From positions 576,001 through 640,000 of the forward strand of contig CAVSGI010000009.1 in the NCBI GenBank assembly GCA_963727445.1: a DNA stretch of 64,000 nt, read 5' to 3'. Every line of letters begins with the position of its first letter. The stretch's first letter is position 1. The DNA is from an uncultured delta proteobacterium. Its GTDB lineage: Bacteria; Myxococcota_A; Polyangia; Polyangiales; B10-G4. Below, piece after piece: positions 40,393 through 48,703 of this stretch. Under the pieces are notes generated by a model. The model did no database searches, was not told the DNA's origin, and was given only the letters and a program-made list of their open reading frames with translations. Position numbers and translations under genes: made by a program.

Positions 40393-41226
40393 TCAATTCC
40401 CGAGCATCGAGCCGATCGCCGCGGCGCCCGCGACGCGCGCCTTCGCCATTTGGATGCTCGCGACCACCGTGAGGAGCAGGCCGAGGAGCAGAAAGAGGGG
40501 GCCCACGCATGCAAGGACGAGTTGGTTTCGTCCATGGGCTTCGGCGACCTCTTCGGCGGTGCCGTATTCGATGTGGAGCTCGGTGCCCGACGCGGGAGAG
40601 AGGCGGCCATCGACGATGCGGCCGGTGGCGACGACGCTCTCGTCCTGTGCGAGGAGGGCGCGCTCGATGTCGAGGCGCCAGCTGTCGGCCGGGTAGCTCT
40701 CGGGGTCGAGCTCCCATGTCCGACCGCCGTACTCCGCGCGTTCGGGGTGACCGCCGCGGCTCGCGGTCCGCGTCAGCGTCCCGCGCGCGCTCCGATCCTC
40801 GCGGAGCGGCAGCGTCTCGACGGCCACCGGAAGGGCGCTCGTCCCGTCGGTGATGACCACCACCGGCGCGTCCCCGCTCCACTCGTCGAGCACCTCGTGC
40901 GGCGTGCGGTCGCGGCTCTTCATCAGGCCCACGCGGATCCGGCCGCGCAGCACCGTCGAGCCGTCGTCGGGCATCTGCACGGGGGCGTCGGCGTGTAGCC
41001 GTCCCTGAACGCGCACCAGCCCGTTAGCCGCGGGTGCGGCGGCGAGCGGCGTCAGCGGAGACGCCTCGCCGCCGGCCTCGCCGAGCATCCCGAGCACACC
41101 GAGGCACCCCGAGGCGAGTCCGATGAAGATCAGAACCACGCCGGCCATTCGCATGGTCCGCAGCCTCTGCCAGCGCCGACGGCTCACCCCCGGAGGCGCC
41201 CCCCAGAATTCCTCCCACGCCCTCAT
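40393..41226 (-). CDS. Hypothetical membrane protein (two TMs flanking a soluble domain)
   Basis: N- and C-terminal hydrophobic helices; coding bias. Confidence 0.65.
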   Translation of the reverse strand: MRAWEEFWGAPPGVSRRRWQRLRTMRMAGVVLIFIGLASGCLGVLGMLGEAGGEASPLTPLAAAPAANGLVRVQGRLHADAPVQMPDDGSTVLRGRIRVGLMKSRDRTPHEVLDEWSGDAPVVVITDGTSALPVAVETLPLREDRSARGTLTRTASRGGHPERAEYGGRTWELDPESYPADSWRLDIERALLAQDESVVATGRIVDGRLSPASGTELHIEYGTAEEVAEAHGRNQLVLACVGPLFLLLGLLLTVVASIQMAKARVAGAAAIGSMLGN

Positions 41227-41285
41227 CGCGTACGTCGTCGATCATACACCCGGCCGCGCCGGCGATTCGTGATGCGGCACACCTT

Positions 41286-42758
41286 CTACTCGAAGAGCTT
41301 CATCACCTTGTGCCCGAGCTCGTAGACACCGTAGGCGAAGGGAACGGCGACACAGGACCAGGAGACGAGCATGCGCAGGGGCGCCTTGCCAGTGCCGGCC
41401 TGGACGGCCTCGCTCCGTGTCTCGTCTCTTGCATCGTCCTCCTCGGCTGCACGCTCGTGGTGCTTTTCCGCCACCGGGCGCACGAGCTCGTTCGCCACGA
41501 AGCCGACCGACAAGAGCCCGATCATCACGAAGAAGCTCGTGCGATAGAGCGCGGGGCCGGACGCGCCCGCAGCCTGCTGATCGTCGGCGATGTAGTTCAC
41601 GATCAGCGGGCCCAGGATGCCCGCGGCCGACCACGCCGTCAGCAGGCGCCCGTGGATGGCGCCCACCTGATAGCTGCCGAAGAGGTCCTTCAGGTATGCG
41701 GGAACCGTCGCGAAGCCGCCGCCGTAGAAGCTCAGGATCACCAGCGCGCAGAGGATGAAGAGCGGCCGCGAGGCGCTGCCGGACAGGGCGATGGTGAGAT
41801 ACATCGCCGCGCCGACGCCGAGGTAGAGGCGATAGACGTTCTTGCGTCCGATGTGGTCCGAAGTGGAGGACCACAGGATGCGGCCGAGCATGTTGGCGGC
41901 GCTGAGGAGGGCCACGAAGCCCGCCGCCGTCCCCGCGGAGACCGCGGCATCGGTGTCAGCGAAGAAGTCGCGGATCATCGGTGCGGCCTTTTCGAGGATC
42001 CCGATCCCCGCGGTCACGTTCAGGCAGAGGATCAACCAGAGCAGCCAGAACTGCGGCGTGCGAATGGCGGTGTCGGCCGAGACGCGGGCGGTGATGAGCG
42101 TCGCCTGGACGTGGGGCGACGGCGTCCACCCCGGCGGTCGATAACCGTCCGGCGGCACGCGCACGATGAACACCCCCAGGCCCATGAGCGCGGCGTACGC
42201 GACGCCGTGAACGGTGAAGGCGGTGGCGATCCCGCTCGCATCCCGGCCGAAGGCGTCGAGCATGCGACTCGACCACGGTGATGCGATGAGCGCGCCTCCA
42301 CCGAAGCCCATGATCGCGATGCCGGTGGCGAGGCCGGGACGATCCGGGAACCACTTGATCAGCGTCGAGACGGGGGAGATGTAGCCGATGCCCAGGCCGA
42401 CGCCCCCGATGCCGCCATAGCCGAGCACCACCAGAAAGTATCGATGGGTGAACACGCCGAGCGCGGCGACCAGGAATCCGAGCGACCATGCGGCGGCGGC
42501 CACTGCCATCGCCCAGCGCGGCCCTTTCTTCTCGACGAGCTTTCCTCCGAACGCAGCCGAGAGTCCGAGCACGACGATGCCGAGCTGAAAGGGCAGGGCG
42601 CTCTCGGTGCCGCTGAGCGAGAGCGTCTCCTCGAGCGCAGGCTTGAAGACGCTCCACGCGTAGCACTGGCCGATGGAGAGATGAACTGCCAGCGCCGCTG
42701 GCGGGACCAGCCAGCGGCTGAAACCGGCAGGGGCGACGCTGTCCTCGCGTGCGAGCAT
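41286..42758 (-). CDS. OFA-family MFS transporter
   Basis: 12 or more TMs; YAWSVF, KWFPDRPGLATG, FYGGGFATVPAY. Confidence 0.9.
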   Translation of the reverse strand: MLAREDSVAPAGFSRWLVPPAALAVHLSIGQCYAWSVFKPALEETLSLSGTESALPFQLGIVVLGLSAAFGGKLVEKKGPRWAMAVAAAAWSLGFLVAALGVFTHRYFLVVLGYGGIGGVGLGIGYISPVSTLIKWFPDRPGLATGIAIMGFGGGALIASPWSSRMLDAFGRDASGIATAFTVHGVAYAALMGLGVFIVRVPPDGYRPPGWTPSPHVQATLITARVSADTAIRTPQFWLLWLILCLNVTAGIGILEKAAPMIRDFFADTDAAVSAGTAAGFVALLSAANMLGRILWSSTSDHIGRKNVYRLYLGVGAAMYLTIALSGSASRPLFILCALVILSFYGGGFATVPAYLKDLFGSYQVGAIHGRLLTAWSAAGILGPLIVNYIADDQQAAGASGPALYRTSFFVMIGLLSVGFVANELVRPVAEKHHERAAEEDDARDETRSEAVQAGTGKAPLRMLVSWSCVAVPFAYGVYELGHKVMKLFE

Positions 42759-42856
42759 CGGCGGCGGACTCTATCAGGGCTTCACTCGACAAGGGCACTC
42801 GTGTGGCGTAGACGAGGCACAGCGACGACCCGTCGTGCCGCCGCTTCCTTCGAAAG

Positions 42857-44977
42857 ATGAGCGCGGATCCCGCAGTGCAAGAGCCAGAGCCTGGACGTCA
42901 GAGCCTGCCCGGACGGACGACCTCTCCACCGGTGCGCGGCGCGCGGCGTGTCGCGAGGTACCTCGGTCGCATCCGGGATCTCTTCGGCGGCGAGGACGCC
43001 AACATGCTGCTCCTCGCCGCGGCTGTCGGCGCAGCCACCGGCTTCGGGGCGCTCGGGTTTCGGCGGCTGGTCGACGGCGTGACCAAGCTCGCGTTCGGGA
43101 ACGTCTCGACCCTGCGCGGCGCCGCTGACCTGGCCTGGCCTCTGCGACTCCTCCTGCCTGTCGCCGGAATGGTCGCCGCGTGGGGGCTGGCGCGTTTCTT
43201 CGCGCGCGAGGCCAGGGGGCACGGCGTCCCGGAGGTGATGGAGGCCGTGGCGCTTCGCGGCGGGCGCATCCGGCCGCGCGTGGTGATCATCAAAGCGCTG
43301 GCCTCGGCGATGAGCATCGGCACCGGCGGCTCGGTGGGCCGTGAGGGTCCGATCGTGCAGATCGGGTCGGCGATCGGAGCGACGATCTCGCGGATCTTCG
43401 GGCTCAGCGAGCGACGCATGAAGCTCTTCGTCGCTTGCGGCGCCGCCGCCGGCATCGCCGCCACCTTCAACGCGCCCATCGCCGGCGTGCTCTTCTCGGT
43501 CGAGATCATCCTGGGCACGGCGACGATTCGAACATTCAGCCCGATCGTCATCTCCGCCGTCATCGCGACCGCCGTCTCGCGGTGGTTCCTCGGGGGGCAG
43601 GCGGCCTTCGCGGTGCCGGCCTACGCGCTCCGCAGCCCCGGAGAGCTCCTCGACTACGTCGTGCTCGGGCTGGTGGCGGGGATCCTCGGCGTGCTCTTCG
43701 TCCGCATCCTCTACGCATGTGAAGACCTCTTCGAGCGGTTCCCGGGCCCCGAGATTTTGGCGCCGATCGTGGGCGGCCTGATCGTCGGCGCTCTCGGCCT
43801 CTTCGTTCCCGCGGTCTACGGGCTGGGATACGAAGCGATCGAGCGCGAGATCCACAGTGGCCAGATGGTGCTGACGGTGCTCCTCGTGACCATGGGTGCG
43901 AAGATCGCCGCGACCAGCGTCACCCTCGCCGGCGGCGGCTCGGGAGGGGTCTTCGCGCCCTCGCTCATGCTCGGCGCCATGCTCGGCGGTGTCGTCGGCA
44001 TCGGCGCGAACTACGCGAACCTCTGGGCCACCGCGTCGCCCGGCGCTTACGCGCTCGTGGGAATGGCCGCCATGGTGGCCGCGACGACGCACGCGCCCCT
44101 GACGGCGATCCTCATCATCTTCGAGCTCACGGGGAACTACGAGATCATCCTGCCGCTCATGCTGGCCAGCATCATCGCCTCGGTGGTCAGCGTGCTCCTG
44201 GAGCGCGAGTCGATCTACACGATGAAGCTCGCGCGCCGCGGTCGTCACCTCGACGAGCCGACGCAGGTTGCGACGCTTCGCGCGACGCCGATCTCCGATC
44301 TCGTCTCGACCACGATGTCGACCATGCCGCCGGACCTTCCCTACCAGGAGGTCATCGATCGCGTGCTGGCGGACGACCTCGCCTACCACTACGTGGTCGA
44401 CGAAGAGGGCCGGCTCCTCGGTGTCATCGCGCTCGGCGACATCAAGCACGTCCTCGCCGAAGAGGACCTGCATCGGGTGGTGTGTGCGCACGACCTGATG
44501 CGCCCCAACGCGCCCTCGGTGCCGGCCGGCGCGACGCTCGGGGAGTGCCTCGAGACGTTGGCGAGCGTTCCCGACGAAGAGCTCCCCGTGGTGGATGATG
44601 AAGGCGTCCTGCGCGGTGTGCTTCATCGGAACTACGTCCTCGCGCTCTACACCCGCGAGCTCTTCGACACGCAGGATCTCGGCGTCCTCTTCGTGACCAA
44701 GGAGGGACGCCGCGAGCGTCGCGACTACGTGGAGCTGCCTCGTGGGCATGCGGTCGGCGCGGTCGAGGTCCCGCGCCCGTTCGTGAAGAAGACCCTCGCG
44801 CAGCTCGATCTGCGGCGCAAACGCGAGCTCCTCGTCATCGGCGTGCGCCGGCGCATCAAAGGCCGCACGACCTGCCTCGCCCCCGACCCCCACGAGCCGC
44901 TCCAGGAGGGAAGCGTCCTCGTCGTCGAGGGGCCCAAAGATGCCATCTCCTGGCTCGCGGGGCTCGCCCGCGATTGA
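42857..44977 (+). CDS. ClC chloride channel/antiporter with CBS pair and TrkA-C domain
   Basis: GHGVPE, GSVGREGP, FNAP, GGVFAP; CBS domains; KTLAQLDLR..VIGVRR. Confidence 0.93.
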   Translation: MSADPAVQEPEPGRQSLPGRTTSPPVRGARRVARYLGRIRDLFGGEDANMLLLAAAVGAATGFGALGFRRLVDGVTKLAFGNVSTLRGAADLAWPLRLLLPVAGMVAAWGLARFFAREARGHGVPEVMEAVALRGGRIRPRVVIIKALASAMSIGTGGSVGREGPIVQIGSAIGATISRIFGLSERRMKLFVACGAAAGIAATFNAPIAGVLFSVEIILGTATIRTFSPIVISAVIATAVSRWFLGGQAAFAVPAYALRSPGELLDYVVLGLVAGILGVLFVRILYACEDLFERFPGPEILAPIVGGLIVGALGLFVPAVYGLGYEAIEREIHSGQMVLTVLLVTMGAKIAATSVTLAGGGSGGVFAPSLMLGAMLGGVVGIGANYANLWATASPGAYALVGMAAMVAATTHAPLTAILIIFELTGNYEIILPLMLASIIASVVSVLLERESIYTMKLARRGRHLDEPTQVATLRATPISDLVSTTMSTMPPDLPYQEVIDRVLADDLAYHYVVDEEGRLLGVIALGDIKHVLAEEDLHRVVCAHDLMRPNAPSVPAGATLGECLETLASVPDEELPVVDDEGVLRGVLHRNYVLALYTRELFDTQDLGVLFVTKEGRRERRDYVELPRGHAVGAVEVPRPFVKKTLAQLDLRRKRELLVIGVRRRIKGRTTCLAPDPHEPLQEGSVLVVEGPKDAISWLAGLARD

Positions 44978-45040
44978 AAGCGCAGAGCCCGGAACCGCAC
45001 GTGCGGCCCGGGCTCCTGATCGGCCTCTGCGGCGATTCGT

Positions 45041-45400
45041 TCAGTCGCGCGGTCGGAAACGCAGCGTGTAGGCCAGCCGCGTCTGCTGTGAGGGCGGCTC
45101 GCGCATCTCGACGCGATGCAGAGCGGTCGAGATGCACACCGGAAGGTCCTCGTCGCGGATCGTGTCGTTCTCGATGGTGACGTCGTCGACCGAGCCGTCT
45201 TCATCCATGGTGAACGCGACCTGGACGGCGCCGTCGGCGTCCCGGTCCATCTCGAGCACGTCGGCGTAGCACGCCGAGAGCTCGTCTCGCTGCGCTTCGA
45301 CCGCGCCGCGTACGCGGAGGTGTGAGTCATCCGCGGCACAGCCGACGCCGAGGGTGGCGGCGATGGATCCGAGGAGCATCATCTTCATCGTGGTCTTCAT
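45041..45400 (-). CDS. Small lipoprotein consisting of a stand-alone AgmX/PglI-type C-terminal domain
   Basis: LGVGC lipobox; ELSACY..GAVQVAF..CI..YTLRF. Confidence 0.7.
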   Translation of the reverse strand: MKTTMKMMLLGSIAATLGVGCAADDSHLRVRGAVEAQRDELSACYADVLEMDRDADGAVQVAFTMDEDGSVDDVTIENDTIRDEDLPVCISTALHRVEMREPPSQQTRLAYTLRFRPRD

Positions 45401-45401
45401 C

Positions 45402-45926
45402 TCAGCTCTCTCCTGATTCGGGGGCAGAGCCCGGATCCACGACCACGAACTCCACGCGACGGTTCTGGGTGCGACCCGCGCGGGTGTCGTTGGTGGCGAT
45501 GGGGCGCTCGTCGCCGTAGCCCACCGCCTCGAGGCGCTCGGCGTCGACGCCGTCCTCGATGAGGCGATTGCGCACGGCTTCGGCGCGACGCTGCGAGAGA
45601 TGGAGGTTGAAGCCCGAGCTCCCCGCGCGGTCAGTGTGACCCTCGACGCGCAGGTGGGTGATCTCGGGGTGTGCCTTGATGACCTCGGCGACCTCGTCGA
45701 CCACCGGAATGCTGGCATCGAGGAGGCGGGCGCTTCCGTTGTGGAAGAAGATGGCTTCGTCGACCTCGATGCGCGCGATCCGCGGCTGGGGCGCAGGCGG
45801 CGGCGCGGGCCGCTGTGCGGTGATGGTGATGGGACGGCGGTCTCTGTACTGCTGGATGCTCGACGAGCAACCGGTGATGGTTACCGCCGTCGCGACGAGC
45901 ACGAGCGCGATCTGGTGGTTCTTCAT
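45402..45926 (-). CDS. OmpA-family peptidoglycan-binding lipoprotein
   Basis: ITGC lipobox; VEGHTD..N..LSQRRA..GYG..NRRVEF; AAGGAG RBS. Confidence 0.92.
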   Translation of the reverse strand: MKNHQIALVLVATAVTITGCSSSIQQYRDRRPITITAQRPAPPPAPQPRIARIEVDEAIFFHNGSARLLDASIPVVDEVAEVIKAHPEITHLRVEGHTDRAGSSGFNLHLSQRRAEAVRNRLIEDGVDAERLEAVGYGDERPIATNDTRAGRTQNRRVEFVVVDPGSAPESGES

Positions 45927-45973
45927 GAGTCTCCTTGTCCAAGCGCCTCCCTGCGGCGCATGTGGCCCGAAAC

Positions 45974-45989
45974 AGCACATGTCGGGCCA
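45974..45989 (-). promoter_or_regulatory. Putative sigma54 promoter of the ompA-like operon
   Basis: Minus strand TGGCCCGACATGTGCT (GG-N10-GC), about 47 nt upstream of the ATG. Confidence 0.4.
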
Positions 45990-46055
45990 GCGCCCGCTTC
46001 GGAGATCACTCGCCCTTTGGCGCGCGGAACTTGCCCGTCGAGCAAGCCTTGCGTG

Positions 46056-47531
46056 TCACGGCGTCTCGGGCGCGGCTTCTTCCCTGCTCGCCCGAAAAAA
46101 AGCGCAATGGCCCGTGGCTGGGGAGGTCGCCAGGCTGACCTCGAAGACCTCGGCGTCGTAGCGCTGCGCCGTCTCGGCATCGTCGATCACCACGTTCGCC
46201 TCACCCGAGTAGTTCCACGACTGGGTGTCCATGTTCGTGGAACCGACGATCACCAGCTGCTCGTCCACGGACATGTATTTCACGTGCGCCTGTCCCTCGA
46301 CGTTGCCGTCGATCATCCCGACCTCGGGTTGCCCGAAGAAATGGATCTGGAGCCGCTCGCAGGCCGCATCTGCTCCCACCATGTCGAGCGCACGCGCGTA
46401 GAGCTCGTCCACGTTCTCGAGGTTGGTGCCTCCGTTGTCGAGAACCGATTCGAAGGTGTCGTTGAACGCGATGGGGACGATCAGCTCGACCGTCACGCCC
46501 CGCTCCACGGCGCGCAGGATCGCGTCCTTGGCGGCGTCGTCGTTCAGGTTCGGCGTCTGGATCCGCAGGCGCCGGGTCGCTGCGTCCATCGCGGCCATGA
46601 AGCCGCGCGCGTGCGGCAGGTCCGTGTCGTTGTTGAACCAACCGCGCGGGCGCCGCGTCAGGGCCATCATCGGAACGCATGCCCCGGCGTCGGTGCGCGC
46701 GACCCGCTCGAAAGGGCGCGTTCGCTGGTGAGCGCAATCCGAAGCGCGAGGGCCGCTGCAGCTCCACTCGTCGGCCTCGCTCCACATGTGCTCGAAGTCG
46801 AAGAGGAGCGACTGCGCGATCTCGCCGCGGAGCACGTAGGCTGAATCTCTCCATGGCATCTGTCCGTCCTTCCAGTCGTGCTGGTCCTGAACGTTCGCGC
46901 CGCCGATGTGGACGACCTCGCCGTCGATCACCACCAGCTTCTGATGCATGACGCCGCGCGTCCAGGAACCGCGGGTGGCGACGTGCACCTCCACCAACGA
47001 CGGGTCGAGCCCCAGCGACTCGATGGCGCGGATGTTCGGGACCGCCGAACCACCATCGCCATCGAGGACCTTGTTGGTGTTGATCACCAGCCGGAACACC
47101 ACCGGGTCGCCGTTGCGGCCTTCTCGGCGGAGCCGCTCCTCGAGGCGCGAGAGCCCGAAAAAGACCTCCTCCGAAGGATCGGTGTCGGGGTTGAAGACGA
47201 ACATCGCGATGTTGACGTCGTGCTCGGCGGCTTCGATGAGGCGGCCGAGCTCGGGGAAGATCTCGGGGCCGTCCAGGAGCGCGTCGCCGGGGACGTTGTC
47301 GTAGCTGAGGACGCGATCCTCCGGGACGGTGCCCCACTGGGGGTCGGCGAGGAGGGCCGCTTCGAAGACCGCCACGCCGATGGGGCTGAGCTCGCACGCG
47401 TCTGCTGCGTACCCGTCCGCCTTTCCTCCGCCGGCGCCGGTCTCGCTCGTTTCGGCGACGCCAGCCGTCGCGGCACAGCCGAGCCCGAGAGCCGTGGCGA
47501 TCAGAATGGTGAGGGTCGTCGAGCAGCGCAT
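46056..47531 (-). CDS. Phospholipase D-family lipoprotein
   Basis: Two HKD motifs (HQKLVVID..GGAN; HVKYMSVD..GSTN); LGLGC lipobox; GGKADG. Confidence 0.92.
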   Translation of the reverse strand: MRCSTTLTILIATALGLGCAATAGVAETSETGAGGGKADGYAADACELSPIGVAVFEAALLADPQWGTVPEDRVLSYDNVPGDALLDGPEIFPELGRLIEAAEHDVNIAMFVFNPDTDPSEEVFFGLSRLEERLRREGRNGDPVVFRLVINTNKVLDGDGGSAVPNIRAIESLGLDPSLVEVHVATRGSWTRGVMHQKLVVIDGEVVHIGGANVQDQHDWKDGQMPWRDSAYVLRGEIAQSLLFDFEHMWSEADEWSCSGPRASDCAHQRTRPFERVARTDAGACVPMMALTRRPRGWFNNDTDLPHARGFMAAMDAATRRLRIQTPNLNDDAAKDAILRAVERGVTVELIVPIAFNDTFESVLDNGGTNLENVDELYARALDMVGADAACERLQIHFFGQPEVGMIDGNVEGQAHVKYMSVDEQLVIVGSTNMDTQSWNYSGEANVVIDDAETAQRYDAEVFEVSLATSPATGHCAFFRASREEAAPETP

Positions 47532-47672
47532 GGGTTCCTCCGTCGTGGTGGAACATGCGCGTGAACAGGTCGCGAAGCGGTCGGCTGAACGCCAAAGGAG
47601 TGCGCCTTCGCGCCACACCGATGCGCGAACGGGCAACGATGCGAGCCGGCTACTCGATCAGCCAGCGCGCGG

Positions 47673-48299
47673 TCATTCGCTCTTCTGGTCGACGCCCTCG
47701 TCCCACGCCCAAAAGTCCACGGGCACGTCGCCGGGCGTGTCTGGGACCTCGGCCATGCGCTGAAAGTCGTAGATGAGCGCGATCGAGGTGGCGTTCTTCA
47801 GCCGCGTGAGGAAGTGGTCGTAGTAGCCCTTGCCGAATCCGATCCGATGGCCGCGCTCGTCGATGGCGAGGGCCGGTGTGAGCACGAGGTCGACGTCGTC
47901 GTCGTTCACCGGCTCGGCTCCGGGGGGCGGCTGAAGGAACTCGTAACCCGACTCCTCGAGCTCCGCTCCCTCCGCCCAGACGAAGAACCGCATCTCGTCC
48001 GCTTCCAGATCGATCCTCGGTAGCGCCACGATCTTGCCGGCTTTGCGCGCCGCGTCGACGATCATCGACGGATCCACCTCTCCGCGCATCGGCACGTACG
48101 TGGTGATCACCCGTGCGCGCTCGAAGGCCGGGTGCGCGATCACGTGCGCGGCGATCCTGGCGCTCCTCGCCGCGCGCGCCTCCGCGGGAAGCGCGCGCCT
48201 GATGGCGGCGATGCGCGTCCTCAGCTGTCGCTTCGCATCGTGGCGCAGCCGGACGAGCTGCTCCTCGTCCGGCGGTGGGCGACGGCCCGGCCTGCTCAT
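47673..48299 (-). CDS. ygfA: 5-formyltetrahydrofolate cyclo-ligase
   Basis: K..LR, EVD, VALPR, DLVLTPALAID..GHRIGFGKGYYD, DVPVD. Confidence 0.92.
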   Translation of the reverse strand: MSRPGRRPPPDEEQLVRLRHDAKRQLRTRIAAIRRALPAEARAARSARIAAHVIAHPAFERARVITTYVPMRGEVDPSMIVDAARKAGKIVALPRIDLEADEMRFFVWAEGAELEESGYEFLQPPPGAEPVNDDDVDLVLTPALAIDERGHRIGFGKGYYDHFLTRLKNATSIALIYDFQRMAEVPDTPGDVPVDFWAWDEGVDQKSE

Positions 48300-48598
48300 T
48301 CGCTCGCGTCGATCGCGGCGAGGCGCCGGTCGATGCGCTCGAGGGTGCGGGTCACCGCGTTTCGGGTCAGGCCCTCGACCTGCTCCCGCCGGCCCTCCGA
48401 GGTGAGCAGGTCGTCCGCCAGCCCGAGCGCGACCACCGCCAGCATCTGCGCGGGGGTCGCGGAGCGGGCGGCCTTCGGCCCGAGGTCGTTGATCCGCTGG
48501 TTGATCATGTCCGCCAGACGCTGCAGGTGCGCCTCGTCGGCGTCCGAGGTCATGCGGTACTTGGCCCCTGCGATCTCCAGCGTGACGGTTTGCTTCAC
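48296..48598 (-). CDS. zapA: Cell division protein ZapA
   Basis: VTLEIAGAKY..EAHL..LA..IN..AVVALGLADDL; GTG start; sits upstream of ygfA. Confidence 0.85.
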   Translation of the reverse strand: MKQTVTLEIAGAKYRMTSDADEAHLQRLADMINQRINDLGPKAARSATPAQMLAVVALGLADDLLTSEGRREQVEGLTRNAVTRTLERIDRRLAAIDASE

Positions 48599-48703
48599 GG
48601 CCGGGACCTTACCAACACCGAGGATCGGCGAAAAGGCCCCCCTGTGATACGCTTCCACACCGCAGAATCGGGGCCCCCGACGGGGAGCGCTCCCTACGAG
48701 ATC

